A stretch of 64,000 bases of DNA, from positions 197,780,001-197,844,000 of the forward strand of contig OZ024741.1 of assembly GCA_964016885.1 (NCBI GenBank). The letters are read 5' to 3'. Below, one piece after another: positions 12,265 through 25,388 of the stretch. Source of the DNA: Eledone cirrhosa (taxonomy: Eukaryota). Position 1 is the first letter of the stretch; each line of letters begins with the position of its first letter. The translations under genes and the position numbers were made by a program. A model generated the notes under the pieces. The model ran no database searches, was not told the DNA's origin, and worked only from the letters and a program-made list of their open reading frames with translations.

Positions 12265-12430
12265 CTCCCTAATTCATAGTCTACAAATGGCTGCGATAGC
12301 TGGCGCCTTCAAAATTTCCAAAACATTCTTGCGATTCAAGGGATGACAATTTCTTTTCTTTTACAACCCTGTCACCAGGAAGGTAGCCGGTCAAAAACGT
12401 ACTCGAAATTAACAGAAAGAGAGACATACA
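12265..12430 (+). mobile_element. Extreme 3' end of a Dong/R4-type LINE inserted in (CATA)n
   Basis: Translates LIHSLQMAAIAGAFKISKTFLRF*, matching the Dong C-terminus (cf. LQVQSINGTVKICKTF). (CATA)n on both sides. Confidence 0.6.
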
Positions 12431-12436
12431 TACATA

Positions 12437-12820
12437 CATGATGGCTGCCCCCTCGTTATCGAGTATGGCCATTGCACGATATACCATTATTAATAATTAT
12501 TAATTAATTCTATCGTGCAATGCCTGTACGTGAAGTTATTTTTTAAAGTGAGGAAAGACTGTGCACTGAGCCAATCCCACTCTCTGAGCGACAGTAGCTA
12601 TAACCCGAAAAGAAGAAAAGATCAACATCATCGGTAACTACTGAGCCGCAGGTTTTATATCGGTGTTATCCCAGTTTCCTGAGTTTCCTTCTCCTAGAAG
12701 AATGCCCTGACAAAGGCTAGGGGTCCTTCACTCCCAGTGGTTTAATCGCGCGGTACATGTGTATATACATATTTACACACTTTTGGATGGCCGTTGACTC
12801 TTATGAATTATTCCGCCCTA
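12437..12820 (-). mobile_element. RTE-derived bipartite non-autonomous element (family E)
   Basis: High similarity to the reverse complement of 43480-44110; (CATA)n flanks. Confidence 0.65.
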
Positions 12821-13463
12821 CATACATACATACATAATACATAAATAATACATACATACATACATACATACATACATACATACATACATACATACATACA
12901 TACATACATACATACATACATACATACGTCGGGCACACGAACCTGAACTATGAGCCACACATGTGTAGGGAAGCAACAATGGATAACACTGGTGTTATCT
13001 AACCAAATCAAAAGATTTGGTTTGTTTAAATGATCTTGCTCAACTAATAAAATACTTGGTCATTCTGAAAGAATGGACATACTAAGTAATTCAGTATCAA
13101 TTCTCATGTTAACAAAAAGCAAGTATTGAGTTAATGTTCAACTAGTAATTGTTTTCGGCTGAATATTTTTTAATGTAAATCCATCGCAGCAATGTTCATT
13201 GTTACTCACGAAAGACACTTTGCAACGTGGAATTTGACTGTTTTAGGGCTGCCGGAGAAAGGAGAATTTTCTTTTCAAGGCTGAGGGGGCTCAGCTATTC
13301 ACGTGACCCCTTGCCTCTCCAGACCTCCGAACGATGTATTAACCGAACTCCCCACTTTTAAGTTTTGAATAAGACAACATATTTATCTTGACTTTGTGTC
13401 AGCATTATGAGGAGGGATAGATTCAGCAATGATCCGACGAATTATTTGATATTATTTGATAAT

Positions 13464-13884
13464 GGCGGTGGATTGGCAGTATCGGTAGAGGGTCGGATGC
13501 CATGCTTTGCCGCATAGAGTTACGGCCCTTTATGATCTGAGTTCAAATCCCGCCGAGGTTAACTTTGCCTTTCATCCTTACGGGGTCGATAAAATAATGT
13601 ACCAGTCACACACTGGGGTCAATTTCATCGACTTTTCCCTCCCTCCCAAATTGCTGGCCTTGTGCCTATATAAGAAACCATTATTTGATAATGGCGGTGG
13701 ATTGGCAGTATCGGTAGAGGGTCGGACGCCATGTTTTATAGCGTAGAGTTACGGCTCTTTACGGTCTGAGTTCAAATCCCACGGAGGTTAACTTTGTCTT
13801 TCATCGTTACGGGGTCGATAAAATAACGTACCAATAATGCACTGGAATAATTGCTGGCTTTGTACCAAAATTAGAAACAATTAT
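13464..13884 (+). mobile_element. Two tandem tRNA-derived SINEs (octopus OR/OK-like)
   Basis: GGCGGTGGATTGGCAGTATCGGTAG (A-box-like), GAGTTCAAATCCC (B-box), GCCTTTCATCCTTACGGGGTCGATAAAAT core, and AGAAACAATTATT end. Confidence 0.85.
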
Positions 13885-14432
13885 TTGATAAAAGGCCCTA
13901 TTTTTAATATGGAAAGTCACAACGTCTATCTATTGCTTTTTCAAGATCATTAGCACCTTAAATTAAGTGAACTGATTTCAAGCGGAGTTTGAAAATGCAT
14001 TACGCACTTGACTCAGAAGAAGGTTCATTTTTATACAACAGCGCTCCCCGTAATGACTAAAATAATGCTGATAAGGGCAGAGAAAAATGTTTTAATCACT
14101 TGATTAATTAATTGTCTTGTACTTTAATTGTTGATGCATCGTAAATTTTCTTTAAAAAGGTGGTGTAATGAGACCGTCTTACAACCTTAAATGAATCGAC
14201 GTTTCATCCGGAATGATTGTATTTATTTCTGTGTCATGAGAAATCACCGTAGCAGTTGCCAGTACTACACTGGTGTTTAAAACATATACGATGAGTAAAT
14301 AAAGAAAATTAGCTCAACCAGCAATCGAACTTGTCAGGGAAACTCAATTAGGCGAGACAATGAGTGTCAATCTATGGCACTCATGTGTTTAGTATTTTGA
14401 ATATATTTTAAACGTGATGTAGCTCTATCATA

Positions 14433-15654
14433 TACTAGCAGTAAAGCCCGGCGTTGCTCGGGGTCGCTCAGTAGCTGTGTTAAAGTTACAATGTTAAGTT
14501 TCTTTCTTGGCTTAAAAACTGTAGTGTCTACTGTGCAGACTTGCATGTGGTGTTTTTGATTAATATTCCCTCAACCAACAATATGCCTTATGAAGTTAAG
14601 AAAACATAACGATAACCCGAATGTTATAACAAAAGAGGATGCTGGGGATAGAAACTGCACTGGTTATTTATTAACAAAGATCGAAAATGTAAACACTGCA
14701 ACGCAGAGAAAAACATTAGCGTAACCAAATTATCAGTTATGTCTGTCTGCACGCCTATATCACCTCTCTGCACGACTGTCTGTCTGCACGCCTATATCAC
14801 CTCTCTGCACGACTGTCTGTCTGCACGCGTATATCACCTCTCTGCACGACTGTCTGTCTGCACGACTGTCTGTCTGCACGCCTAACGACGAAATATTTGC
14901 TTGTTTTACGTAGTCTTTAAATAGACTTGTTTTCAAGTAAAAATATTGTTTTAAAATGCTTTTAAATGGAAATGAAGCAAAACGGGGTCGCTCAGTAGCT
15001 GTGTTAAAGTTACAATGTTAAGTTTCTTTTTTTGGCTTAAAAACTGTAGTGTCTACTGTGCAGACTTGCATGTGGTGTTTTTGATTAATATTCCCTCAAC
15101 CAACAATATGCCTTATGAAGTTAAGAAAACATAACGATAACCCGAATGTTATAACAAAAGAGGATGCTGGGGATAAAAACTGCACTGGTTATTTATTAAC
15201 AAAGACTGAGAAAGCCAGCGTAATTTTTTACGTAAGACGCTCAATGTAAACAGAACAAAGGGAAATAACTGATAACTTACGCTCAAAAATCGATACATTA
15301 TATTCGATTTCGTCACATAGGGTGGGTGAATTTGAAATATTTTTTTTCCGATGTCTTCCCTAGGGCTCAATGTACAAGTATAGCAATTTCGGTGCAATTC
15401 CGTGAGAGATTCTAAGAGGAGATGTGTGCCAAAAATCGATAGACAGACAGACAACCACAGTTTTATATATATAGATTATATTCGATTTCGTCACATAGGG
15501 TGGGTGAATTTGAAATATTTTTTTTCCGATGTCTTCCCTAGGGCTCAATGTACAAGTATAGCAATTTCGGTGCAATTCCGTGAGAGATTCTAAGAGGAGA
15601 TGTGTGCCAAAAATCGATAGACAGACAGACAACCACAGTTTTATATATATAGAT
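14433..15654 (-). mobile_element. Non-autonomous Helitron with internal duplications
   Basis: Minus-strand 3' end CCCGAGCAACGCCGGG...CTAG|T at 14433-14462; 5' TCTATATATATAAAA. 14460-14680 is repeated at 14984-15200, and the 5' end is tandemly duplicated (~179 bp, 15297-15654). Confidence 0.72.
14741..14883 (+). repeat. Minisatellite, ~37-bp unit GTCTGTCTGCACGCCTATATCACCTCTCTGCACGACT
   Basis: About 3.5 visible copies inside the Helitron. Confidence 0.9.
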
Positions 15655-17439
15655 TTGATAAAGAATAACTTCAATGTAAACATTGATATTGTTTAAAACG
15701 CTGAATAGTTAGTATTTCTAAATCATCTTCATACCACTCCATTTTAAGGAGGAAAAGGAAAAGGAAATGAATTTGTAACATTATTGGGGAATTAAGGTAT
15801 AACTAAAAACGGCACACCTTAATGAAAGTCAAGAAGGCAACGACTATTTGAGGTATAAATGATGAAAAATAATGAAAGAAAAATTAAATTGTGGACCTAG
15901 CTCTCTGAAATATCACTTCTACTACCTTTCAGCTAACTTGTGTAGTAGGAAGTTTTAAATATCAAATAAAATTAACCATTTTGCAAAGTATCACGAAGAA
16001 ACATTCTGGTTTCATAAATTAACACTTAAGATGAGGACTAAACACTAACTCCCCAAACTATCTGCTATCGGAGTTAAAATGCCGATAAACAATTAATTTA
16101 TGTAAGACAGTTGAATCTTATTTGTGGCAATAAATTCAGATGAGTCTAAAGACGAATAATGAATTAGCTAGAAACACCCCTTGTTGACTAATCTACTTAT
16201 CTGGAAAGCTGCCATACAATGGAAACTTATTGCTGTTTAGGTCATATAAAACTTCATACTTAGTCCTCTGATGTTTGTTGTTGAACGAAAAGATAGAAAT
16301 AAAGTGAAAATTATATGCCTGAGTAACCTGGTCACATTAATCATTCTATATTACCTTTCCCTATATATCTTTATTGCTCTTATAGACTCGCTAGGTGAGC
16401 TATAAATGACTGAGACGATATGACACCGGACCGAAGAGTCAACAGAACGTCTACGACCACAACTGTAAATACATATACATATATAGGTACTAATATAAAC
16501 AAATAGCAGCACTGTATACTTAATGAATGTTTCGTTCGATTATTAGTTTCCATACCGAATTCAAATTCTACTATATGTATCATTTGAAGAGATCTGTGTC
16601 TGTCCGGATGACTTGTCTATGATACACCGCATGAATGTAGCAGGTTAAGGGACACATTCCTTCACTTTCCTTATGTTATTCAGTTGTCTTTCCACTTACT
16701 TTTGCTTTGATTAATCACGATGTATTTAAATTTGAATATTTATGTGAATAAAAATAGTGAACCACGTGCTACACAATGTTCTTGAAGAAACCCAGGAAAC
16801 CAGTCTCCTTCAATATTCTGCACCTGTATCCAATGCTCCAATTCATAATTTTGTTTCGGATGTTCAAGTATTAACCTTCGTGTATTGAGATTGCTGCCAA
16901 TCTAATATATCACAAGAAGAAAAGTCTGTGTGTGTGTATGTGTGTGTGTGTGTGTGCGTGCGTTAGTGCGTGCGTGCGTGCGTGCGTGTGTGTGTGTGTG
17001 TGTGTGTGTGTCCGGGTTGTGCACGAAAATTAGTGAACGAGCCCCACCCCATATATATATTATTGTTCCTTATCCCACCGGACAAGCAATGGTAGTATTT
17101 TTTATTCTGAGATATAAAACTAATTTATATTAAATTCAATTCTAAACTTCGCGTTCCAAACATACTACCTCAATTCTACTTATTTTCCCGTATTCATATA
17201 AAAACAATCTGGCCATTTTGTTTGGGAATTGTCCCTCTTTCTCCATTCTCTAGAAAGTGACAGAGTGGAAGAGAGGGGATGTGAAAATAGAGAAGTAAAT
17301 AGTAAAAAGGAAAAAGATAATATATGCCAAAATATATTGTTACTTTCATAATATACCCGGACATTGTCATGTACTAAGCTGGTATGAAAAATATAGCTAC
17401 ATTTTAAAATAATTTCTATAAACAATAAAAACAGCCATA

Positions 17440-17870
17440 ATAATAAAGTAAAATATCAACAATAATTACACAATAATTAGGTGAACTTGAACAAAACCAT
17501 TAATCAATCCCAGGTCCCACAACTCTACATAGAATCCAAAATATAGTCATTGTATGCACAGCTCACATCCTACACAAAGCATTTTTCAATTAAATAGAAC
17601 AAATCACGCATTACAATTTCTCCAAAACTCATGCGTATGCTACATATCTATAACCCAATAAAATAACACAACTCAGACAACACATACAATCACACCAAAC
17701 AATACAGCACAAACCGGACAGCACATACCCAAAACAGATAAAACTCAATTGAAACATACCCTACTGAGCAACTATAACTCATATTGCCCAGACAACACAT
17801 TTTCTATAAAATCACTACCCGACTCTAACACATCCTATGCAATATACACGTAATACAATATCATCCAACA
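17440..17870 (+). mobile_element. Old Dong/R4-like 3' remnant
   Basis: Translates PGPTTLHRIQNIVIVCTAHILHKAF (cf. LQK...GTAHILRK), followed by an AC-rich 3'UTR. Confidence 0.45.
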
Positions 17871-18319
17871 AAATAATTTATTGTTTAGCCACAAAGGATA
17901 GGACGCGTGCTCTAAATGTGAGAAACTGGATGTCAGATGGGTCGTGCGTGACGTTAACAGAGCGTGGAAGAAGGAAAGGAGATGAGAGAAGCTGTCTCAG
18001 AAAGGGTGGGTAGAAGTAGTTATGGTAGATATTGCTTCAATGATGTACACTCTGAATAACTTAACACCAAATAATCAATGCTTTCTCTTAGTTCTTGCCA
18101 TCAGCCGTCTGACGTATAGATAATGATTTATACTTTAAGCACAAGGCCAGCAATTTTTTTTTTGGGGGGGGGGGGGGGGGGGTTTAAATTTAACACAGTA
18201 CCTGGCTGGTACTTTATTCAGCATTTGGTATGCCTTCAGCTCACGGAATCGCTGATCACTGAATGCCGCTCTTCTTTAGAGCAAAGGGAAAGTGGAACGG
18301 ATTTGACTAAACGTTATAA

Positions 18320-18720
18320 TTGTTTCTACGTTAGGCACAAGGCCAGCAATTACCCAGTACATTACTGGTACTTTATTTTATCGACCCCGTAAGGATGAAA
18401 GGCAAAGTTAACCTCGGCGGGATTTGAACTCACACCGTAAAGGGACGTAACTATGCTAGAAAGCATGGCACCCGACCCTCCACCGATATTGCCAATTCAC
18501 CGCCCTAAACGTTATAATGATTAGTAATTTAGGGAAAAGGCAACAATTTGTGGGAGTGGAAGGTCGATTATATCGATCCCAGTATGTGACTGGTACTTAA
18601 TTTTATCGACCCCGAAAGGCAAAGTTGACCTCAGTGGAACTTGCACTCAGACCGTAAAGAGCTAGAAAAAGTACTACTACGCATTTGTCCGACACTCTCA
18701 GTACTGCCAATCCACTGCCG
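18320..18720 (-). mobile_element. Two OR/OK-like SINEs
   Basis: Reverse-complement SINE motifs (TTTATCGACCCC, GATTTGAACTC, CTGCCAATCCAC). Confidence 0.8.
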
Positions 18721-19574
18721 TATAGATAATATAGGCCTATTTAGCCGCACCATTTTTCTCACTTTCAACCATCTTTCATAGAGTCTACTGGAGAGCTGCA
18801 CCACGCTTTCTACCCTTGCATTCCTCCTTAAGTAGCATTTGAAGAATTTGATAAGATCTTTGTCCGAAGAAGCAAAGCTGCGCTCTCAAATCTTTCAACT
18901 GTGATCATTATATCCTTCTCTTCGCCATAACCACCAGAGAGAGAATGGCTGCCTATTCTTTCAAGCCATAAGACGTCGGCGGTGAGACCTTTACAGTTCT
19001 ATCAATTTGCAATCGGATCCGTCCCGCACGAGATCACAATTTTTCAGCATAAACTCACAAATCATCAACGCACTGATTCTGCACTAATGCGTACCGGATG
19101 GTTTCATGATCCTTCGTGAAACCCAAATTCTGTTGCTTTTGACAGTTTGTCTGATGGTGTCAACGATTGCTTTCGTCATGACACCATAACATTAAATCGG
19201 TTAAATGATAAATGTATTTATACATTTATATAACATCATTTTCCTAGAAATTTTCAATCAATAGATGAGAAAGAGATCAATGTTTTCCTTTTCTAATACT
19301 GTAGCTGCTCACTGAAGGCTGGGTGAAAGCAACTTGATGCCATCTATAGATTTATCACTAAATATAGAACTGTTGTATTATCGAAGAAACCAGTAAAGAG
19401 AATATATTACTTCTGTTTCACACAATCTCTGTTTTCCATTGTTTTATTTTCCAAATGTTTCTGGTAATTATGCATACTTTCTTTGTTTATCTATGTTTCA
19501 ACGGTTGGATTTCTGACCATTCAAAGGATTCATATGAAATATGTATACATGCGATTGTATGTGTATGCGCATGT

Positions 19575-19604
19575 TTGTGATATTTGTGTATATTATTTTA
19601 ATAA

Positions 19605-19652
<48 letters not shown>

Positions 19653-19777
19653 CCAATACCATATATTTTCCCATATATATATATATATGCGTGTGTCTGT
19701 GTGAGTGTGCCTGTGTGTATATGTGTATGTATGTCTATAATCAATGTAGAAATAAAACAAAAAGTATTTGTGATATT

Positions 19778-19818
<41 letters not shown>

Positions 19819-19930
19819 CCAATACCATATATTTTCCCATATATATATATATGCGTGTGTCTGTGTGAGTGTGCCTGTGTGTCTATGTGTATGTATGTCT
19901 ATAATCAATGTAGAAATAAAACAAAAAGTA
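19575..19930 (+). repeat. Local tandem duplication (~190 bp) spanning a (TA)n tract
   Basis: TTTGTGATATTTGTGTATA...CAATGTAGAAATAAAACAAAAAGTATTT occurs twice. Confidence 0.85.
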
Positions 19931-20184
19931 TTTCACCACCAAAGGATATATAAAGATTACACCGAGAAAGGCAAAAAATACTATCTCGATCGTTGTATTG
20001 ATAAATTAAATATCTTCTGTTTAAACCTAATCAGCATACAAATGTAAGACGATCCTTATTCATATTGAAATGTTTATGAATGTATGGACCCGTAACTCCT
20101 AGTGGGCACTTTCAATGGTGGAGCCCATCACCTCTTCCAGAGTAGGTGAGAGAGAGAGAAAAGGAGCGTGAGACAGAGATATGG

Positions 20185-20346
20185 AGAAAGAATTGACCTC
20201 AGTACTGGACTGGTACTTTTATATCTACCTCGAAAGGATGAAAAGCAAAGCAAGCTGGTTTTAGTGGGATTTGAACTGAGAGACCCGGAACAAATTCCGC
20301 AAACCATTCTATCCGACGTTATAATGACTTTCCCAATATACCGCCT
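20185..20346 (-). mobile_element. Degenerate OR/OK-like SINE
   Basis: GACTGGTACTTTTATATCTACCTCGAAAGGATGAAAAGC...GGATTTGAACT. Confidence 0.65.
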
Positions 20347-21066
20347 GCAATGTTTACAGCTAGACGTTAACTTATTGTGACAAGAAGCACGTATATTTAT
20401 AATTTCTTTCATCATCAACACATAGCGACTAAAATACATCAAATTTCAATTCAGGTGGCATTGAAATTCTTCTCTTATTAGCCTTTTTCACGCGCCATCA
20501 TTGATTGTCTGTTTTCTATCTGTTGACCAGAAAATTCCCGTATGGAATTTAGCCTTCTATTTGTTTGTTCTGCTCATCAAGTCTCCAATCTGTTGTGAAG
20601 TTTGAATATTTCTCTTTTTGGTGGTTGTACAATTTCCTTTCATAAAAGAGAAGTCCGCTGTTTAGTTATTGCTTTCTCATTGACATAAAGGGTAAAGATA
20701 TGTGAAATCTGCTTAAAATATATTTTTCTTCTTTTTAATTTATTTATTTTTCAAGTGATTAAAAAACGCTATGTTTAAAGAAGTAACATAATTTAGTTTA
20801 ATTCATTTCTTATTGCTTCAAAGCTTGTATCTCTAGACAAGCCTGTTTCTATTATATAATGTGCCACCTTTGTAGATTAACAGGTTCACAGTATATCAAA
20901 ATCTCTAGTTTTACATACGTTATATACACATAAAATAAGGATGCAACCGAAGAGAGGAGATACAAAAGTAAGTGCCTGAGACATAGTTCTACGTTTCTTT
21001 CTTTCTTCCTTTTTTTGTAATCGTGGGGAGACATTGATTCCTTTTGTGTATAGCATATGTTGTATA

Positions 21067-21225
21067 GGCGGCGAATTGGCAGAGTCGTTAGAATGTCGGA
21101 TAGAATGCTTTGCGGTATTAGTTTCAGCTCTTTACTCTCTGAGTTCAAATCACGCCGAGGTCTACTTTGCCTTTCATCTATTCGAGTTCGATAAAAAAAA
21201 GTACCAGTTACGTACTGGGTCGATT
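21067..21225 (+). mobile_element. OR/OK-like SINE
   Basis: GGCGGCGAATTGGCAGAGTCGTTAG...GAGTTCAAATC...CTTTGCCTTTCATC. Confidence 0.8.
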
Positions 21226-22419
21226 GCTCCTCTATATATATCTTTCTCACTTGCATTCTCTCACTCTCTATCTTTCTCTGGAAGAATTCTGTTGTATACA
21301 GACCTGGAGAGGATAGAGCGCCGCCATGATTTAAAATTGTATAGAAACGCCGTACGTGAATACGGCACCCCTACGACACCCTACGGGACCATGCATATGT
21401 TGTGTGAAACATGTTTTATTGTTTTAGTTTTACGTTTTTATGTTTTATGCTACATTATTGGTGGTAATGAGCTGTGTAAGATGTTAAAGTGTTCAGCATT
21501 GACTTTGTATGGTTGCCTTATTTCATTAGGTGGTCCATGTTAGAGTATGTTTTATGAATTGTATTATTTTATTTTGTGGTGGTTTTATAGGATGTCTACT
21601 GTAGGAACGATGCTGAAATATCAGAAAATATGTGTCCATCTTTCATTTACCACCGTCATCACCTTTTTCATTTAATTCTTCTGGGAGTGGAAAAATATGT
21701 ATTAGCAAGTAACTGCTATGGAATGTAAGTATGCAGTAGAATAAATATCTAATCAACAGTGTTCGGCTCCATATTTATCTGTTCAGATACCGTTGATATT
21801 ATTCGTGTTGTACTTACCATATAACATAGTAGTTGCCTAAATATCAAATGATTATTGTCGAAATCTAATATTACGTTCTTCGTATGTCTTTTTACATAGA
21901 CTTAATTATTTAATTAAAAGAATTAATAAACACATTTTAATATAATATGTTGAGTATTGCAGCATTTGTTCTGGCTCTTAACATTCTGACTTCAAAGCCG
22001 CCCAGATCAATGGGGTCAATAAAATAAAATACCAGTCGTTTAATGAGATTGATTTAATTAACTTTGCTCTTCCTCTAAATTTACTTGACTTGAGCCTAAA
22101 TTAGAAATCAATATTGTAAGTTGGTGAAGAAAATAAGATGTATGGAGTTTGTCCTTCTCCCAAAATTTAACCATGCATATTATGTGTAAGGGAAGTAAAC
22201 TTAATCCCCAGACCTAACTGATAGGGAAATTACTACCATTCTACATTGATCAAGATTCTATAAAATGGGAGACGTATAATTTCACTAAGAAATTTTTCGA
22301 AGCTATATATCTGATATTATAATTCTTACAATATTTTTTCTTTGTGTCTCAAATTTCTTCAAATAAAATGGATGCTTTAAGATATGAATATTTGCATATA
22401 AATAGAGATAGATAGATAT

Positions 22420-25130
22420 CTTTCTTTATTTGCCACAGGGGCGTACAAAAAATGGGACATTACAAGACGTGACGGCGGGGGTTTTACATAAAAATCATAT
22501 AACTTTAACATTAATAAATAACAATAAACTATATATAATAAAATAACAATTGAAATCCCCAAAAGGGGGAAACGTTACTACAGGGTTGTTTTACACCCCG
22601 TGGATAGAACAACCCTCAACACCAGGAACACGTTTTGTAGGTGTTCCTGTCTTCGCTCCGTTTATCTTCTTCAACCTACAGGTTTATATACAAAGAAGGC
22701 CCATTCACTCGGGCCATTTTCGCCACATTCAGCGAATTTACTGGGGTGTAGCACCTCTCTCTCCTTCCTTCTGATGTGGTACTTAAAGAAGAGGATAAGT
22801 TGTTGTCCGGACAGAAAGGTGTTTGCCCTCAGTCCTTTTAACCTCGTCCACCATATTACCTCTTTCGCCATAGCCACCAGACAGAGGAAAACCGCCTCTC
22901 CTTCATTCTTAAAGGAAGGCGGTGGAGTGATCCTCACGATGGACTCGGCTGACAACTGGATGCGTCCCACACGTTACAGTAGCTGTTCGACATAATTCCA
23001 CAGGTCGGTCACCCCTGGGCACTGAACAATTGCGTGCAGAACGGTTTCGATGTCCTGCTCGCATCTTGGACAGGTCCTTTTGGTAGGATCTCTGCCAGGG
23101 CGTCCGTACCTGTAGCTTTTGTCTCGAACTGGTAGAGCTCCTCGGTAGCACTGCCAGGCAAGAGACCTCTGGAAGTTATCCATAGGCCCTGGACGGAAAG
23201 TCCTCCCGAACAGACTGGTCAGTTCGTCCTCCTCGATGCCTAGAGTTTCCCCGAGAACGTTGTCGCACTTATCCTCCACTAATCTCCTATAGAATGTCGA
23301 AGTGGAGTCTCCGCTGATTTCCGTTTCCGCTCGGAAGAGGACTGTGAGCGCCTGAAGGCACTCGAGGTGCCAGGCACCCATTTTCGGTCTTCGCTTGACC
23401 CAGGACTACAGTTCTGTTAGTGAGACGAGTTGTGGAAGAGCTTGTCTCACAAACGACGGCCACACTGGTTCACCGGTCAGGAATACCTGGAGATGGCGTA
23501 GCCGCAGCACGTGTTTGCGCATTATCAGCCACGGCATGCCTAGCCCTTCGTTAAAAGGGTGTTGACAGCAGATCGATCTCCTCACCAATGGAGCCTGTTT
23601 CTTCCAGAGGAACTTGAAGAGTAGGCGTTCCATTTTGGTGAGGTATTCACGGGGACAAGGCACGACTGTCAAGCGGTAGTAGATGACCGACGCTATGTAA
23701 GTGTTCGCCACCTCCGCTCGACCTTTGAAGGAGACTTTGCACTCATCCCACTTCTGGGTGAGTGCAAACACCTTCGCCGTGACCTCGTTCCAGTTCTTAT
23801 CCACCTGGAGGTCTGGACCAAATCGCACGCCGAGCAATTTCACCGGTCCTTCCGTGCAGCATCCAACGACACTGTCGGAAGGCATGGGTTTGCCTCTCCA
23901 TGTGCCGAGTTGCAAACCGACAGGCTTGTTTGGATTTAGTCTTGCTCATGTCAACGTTTCGTATTCCTGTAATAGGTTGACGATTACCCCGATTTCCTAG
24001 GTTTTCGACACCATTACGGTTATGTTGTCGGCATAGGCCGACGCTGCTTTCCGCAGTCCTGGTACGATCGGGATGCCCAGCAACAGCTCCAGTTTCCGCA
24101 GTATAAACAGTATGGAGGAGAGAGGACACCCCTGAGTGATAGAACGCATGATTTGGAATGGCTCCGATAGGTAGCCATTCACCTTGACTGCCCGAGCAGA
24201 TGCTGGTGTGCATGGCAGAAATCCAGCGTCTGAAGACGGGACCGAAGCCGGCCACCTTGAGAACCGCTTCCATGTATTGATGGTCGACCCTATCAAATGC
24301 CTTAGACTGTTCTAAATTGATCAGAGCCCCACCGAAGCCAGGTTTACACCCTACCCTCTCTATGAAGTATCGCATGAGGTGGAGGTTGTCGTGTATGGAC
24401 CTGGTCGGGATTGCACACGTTTGCGCTTCCCCTACCAGGTTCTCGACGACAAGTGCCAGCCTCGATGCTAACACCTTGGCCAAAATCTTTAACTCTGTGT
24501 TGAGCAGAGTTTTGGGCCTGAAATTGCTTATCTCATCCCCCTTGTTCTCATCTTTCCTTATCAGCGTTACTACGCCTCTGCCTACAGAACTGGGAATCCT
24601 CCCGTTCTGCCACCAGTTGCAGTAGACCGCTTCGAGGACGCCAGAGAACACGTCTGGCATGCCTATGTAAAACTCATCGGGAAGACCATCTAAACCGGGT
24701 GATTTCCGTTTCCCGCAGCGGCCTAGGACCTTCTATTTCGCCCGCTGTGATCGGCCTTTCGCAGCTCTCTGCATCCGTGCTCGAGAGTCGTGGTACGCCG
24801 TCGAGGTAGGAGCTGAAGTCCATCACCTCCCTCGACGTACCGCTTTTCCCGAACAGTTGTGCAAAATGCTGGTGGAAGGCCGTGCACATCTACTTGGATT
24901 CAAGTAGAATGCGTCCATCTTTGTCTTGCAAAGACCGAATTGAAGATTTGTTGCCAGTTTTCGCCTCTGCCACTCGGGCCCAGCTAACAGCTTTGGCTCC
25001 CTCGTTTCTTAGAGCACGTGTTCTACTTCTGACAATACATCCTTCGTGTTTCACGTTGAAGAACTGGTCTAGTGCCGTTCTCGCCGCTAGCACATTAGCT
25101 GTACTACCATTCCTAAGTGCGTCTTCTAGC
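22420..25130 (-). mobile_element. 5'-truncated Tx1-clade LINE, second family (Tx1-B), degenerate ORF2
   Basis: Minus ORFs are homologous to Tx1-A ORF2 (HEGCIVRSR, LEQSKAFDRVDH, QGCPLS, AYADN, CPRC..ETVLH..C). AATAAA at the 3' end. Short (GATA)n at both junctions. Confidence 0.9.
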
Positions 25131-25324
25131 GATAGATAGAGAGGTGGGATGTTACTACTAGTTAAGATTAGAGAATCTTTCTAATAGTATATATATATAT
25201 AGCAGTATATCTATAATTTATAATAAACGAAGCCAAATTTTACATATTTGACTTAATTATTTTATATATATATATATATATACGATATTAAATAAATGGA
25301 AACTATATTTATAAAACCATATCT

Positions 25325-25388
25325 ATTTCATTATATATATTTCAGGGATATCATATTAACAATATGCTATGCCTTCCTCAGACAAAAT
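25325..25388 (-). ncRNA. Type I hammerhead ribozyme (mirror copy of 27063-27126)
   Basis: Reverse complement of the 27063-27126 motif. Confidence 0.82.

Noticed and set aside
13464-13560. tRNA-like A/B boxes
   Set aside because: These are SINE heads; no complete cloverleaf, and they are repeated with the SINE body about 20 times.
16133-16165. AATTCA-GATGA-GTC-TAAA-GAC-GAAT-AA-TGAATT hammerhead-like motif
   Set aside because: Both conserved boxes are damaged, there is no GUH, and no element context; may be a relic but cannot be supported.
18725-19200. Moderately GC-rich segment resembling a decayed transposase or an exon
   Set aside because: No sustained reading frame or diagnostic motif recognisable by eye.
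21319-21340. GCCGCCATG perfect Kozak on the plus strand
   Set aside because: Followed immediately by ATT TAA (stop); only the minus-strand reading was kept as a weak candidate.
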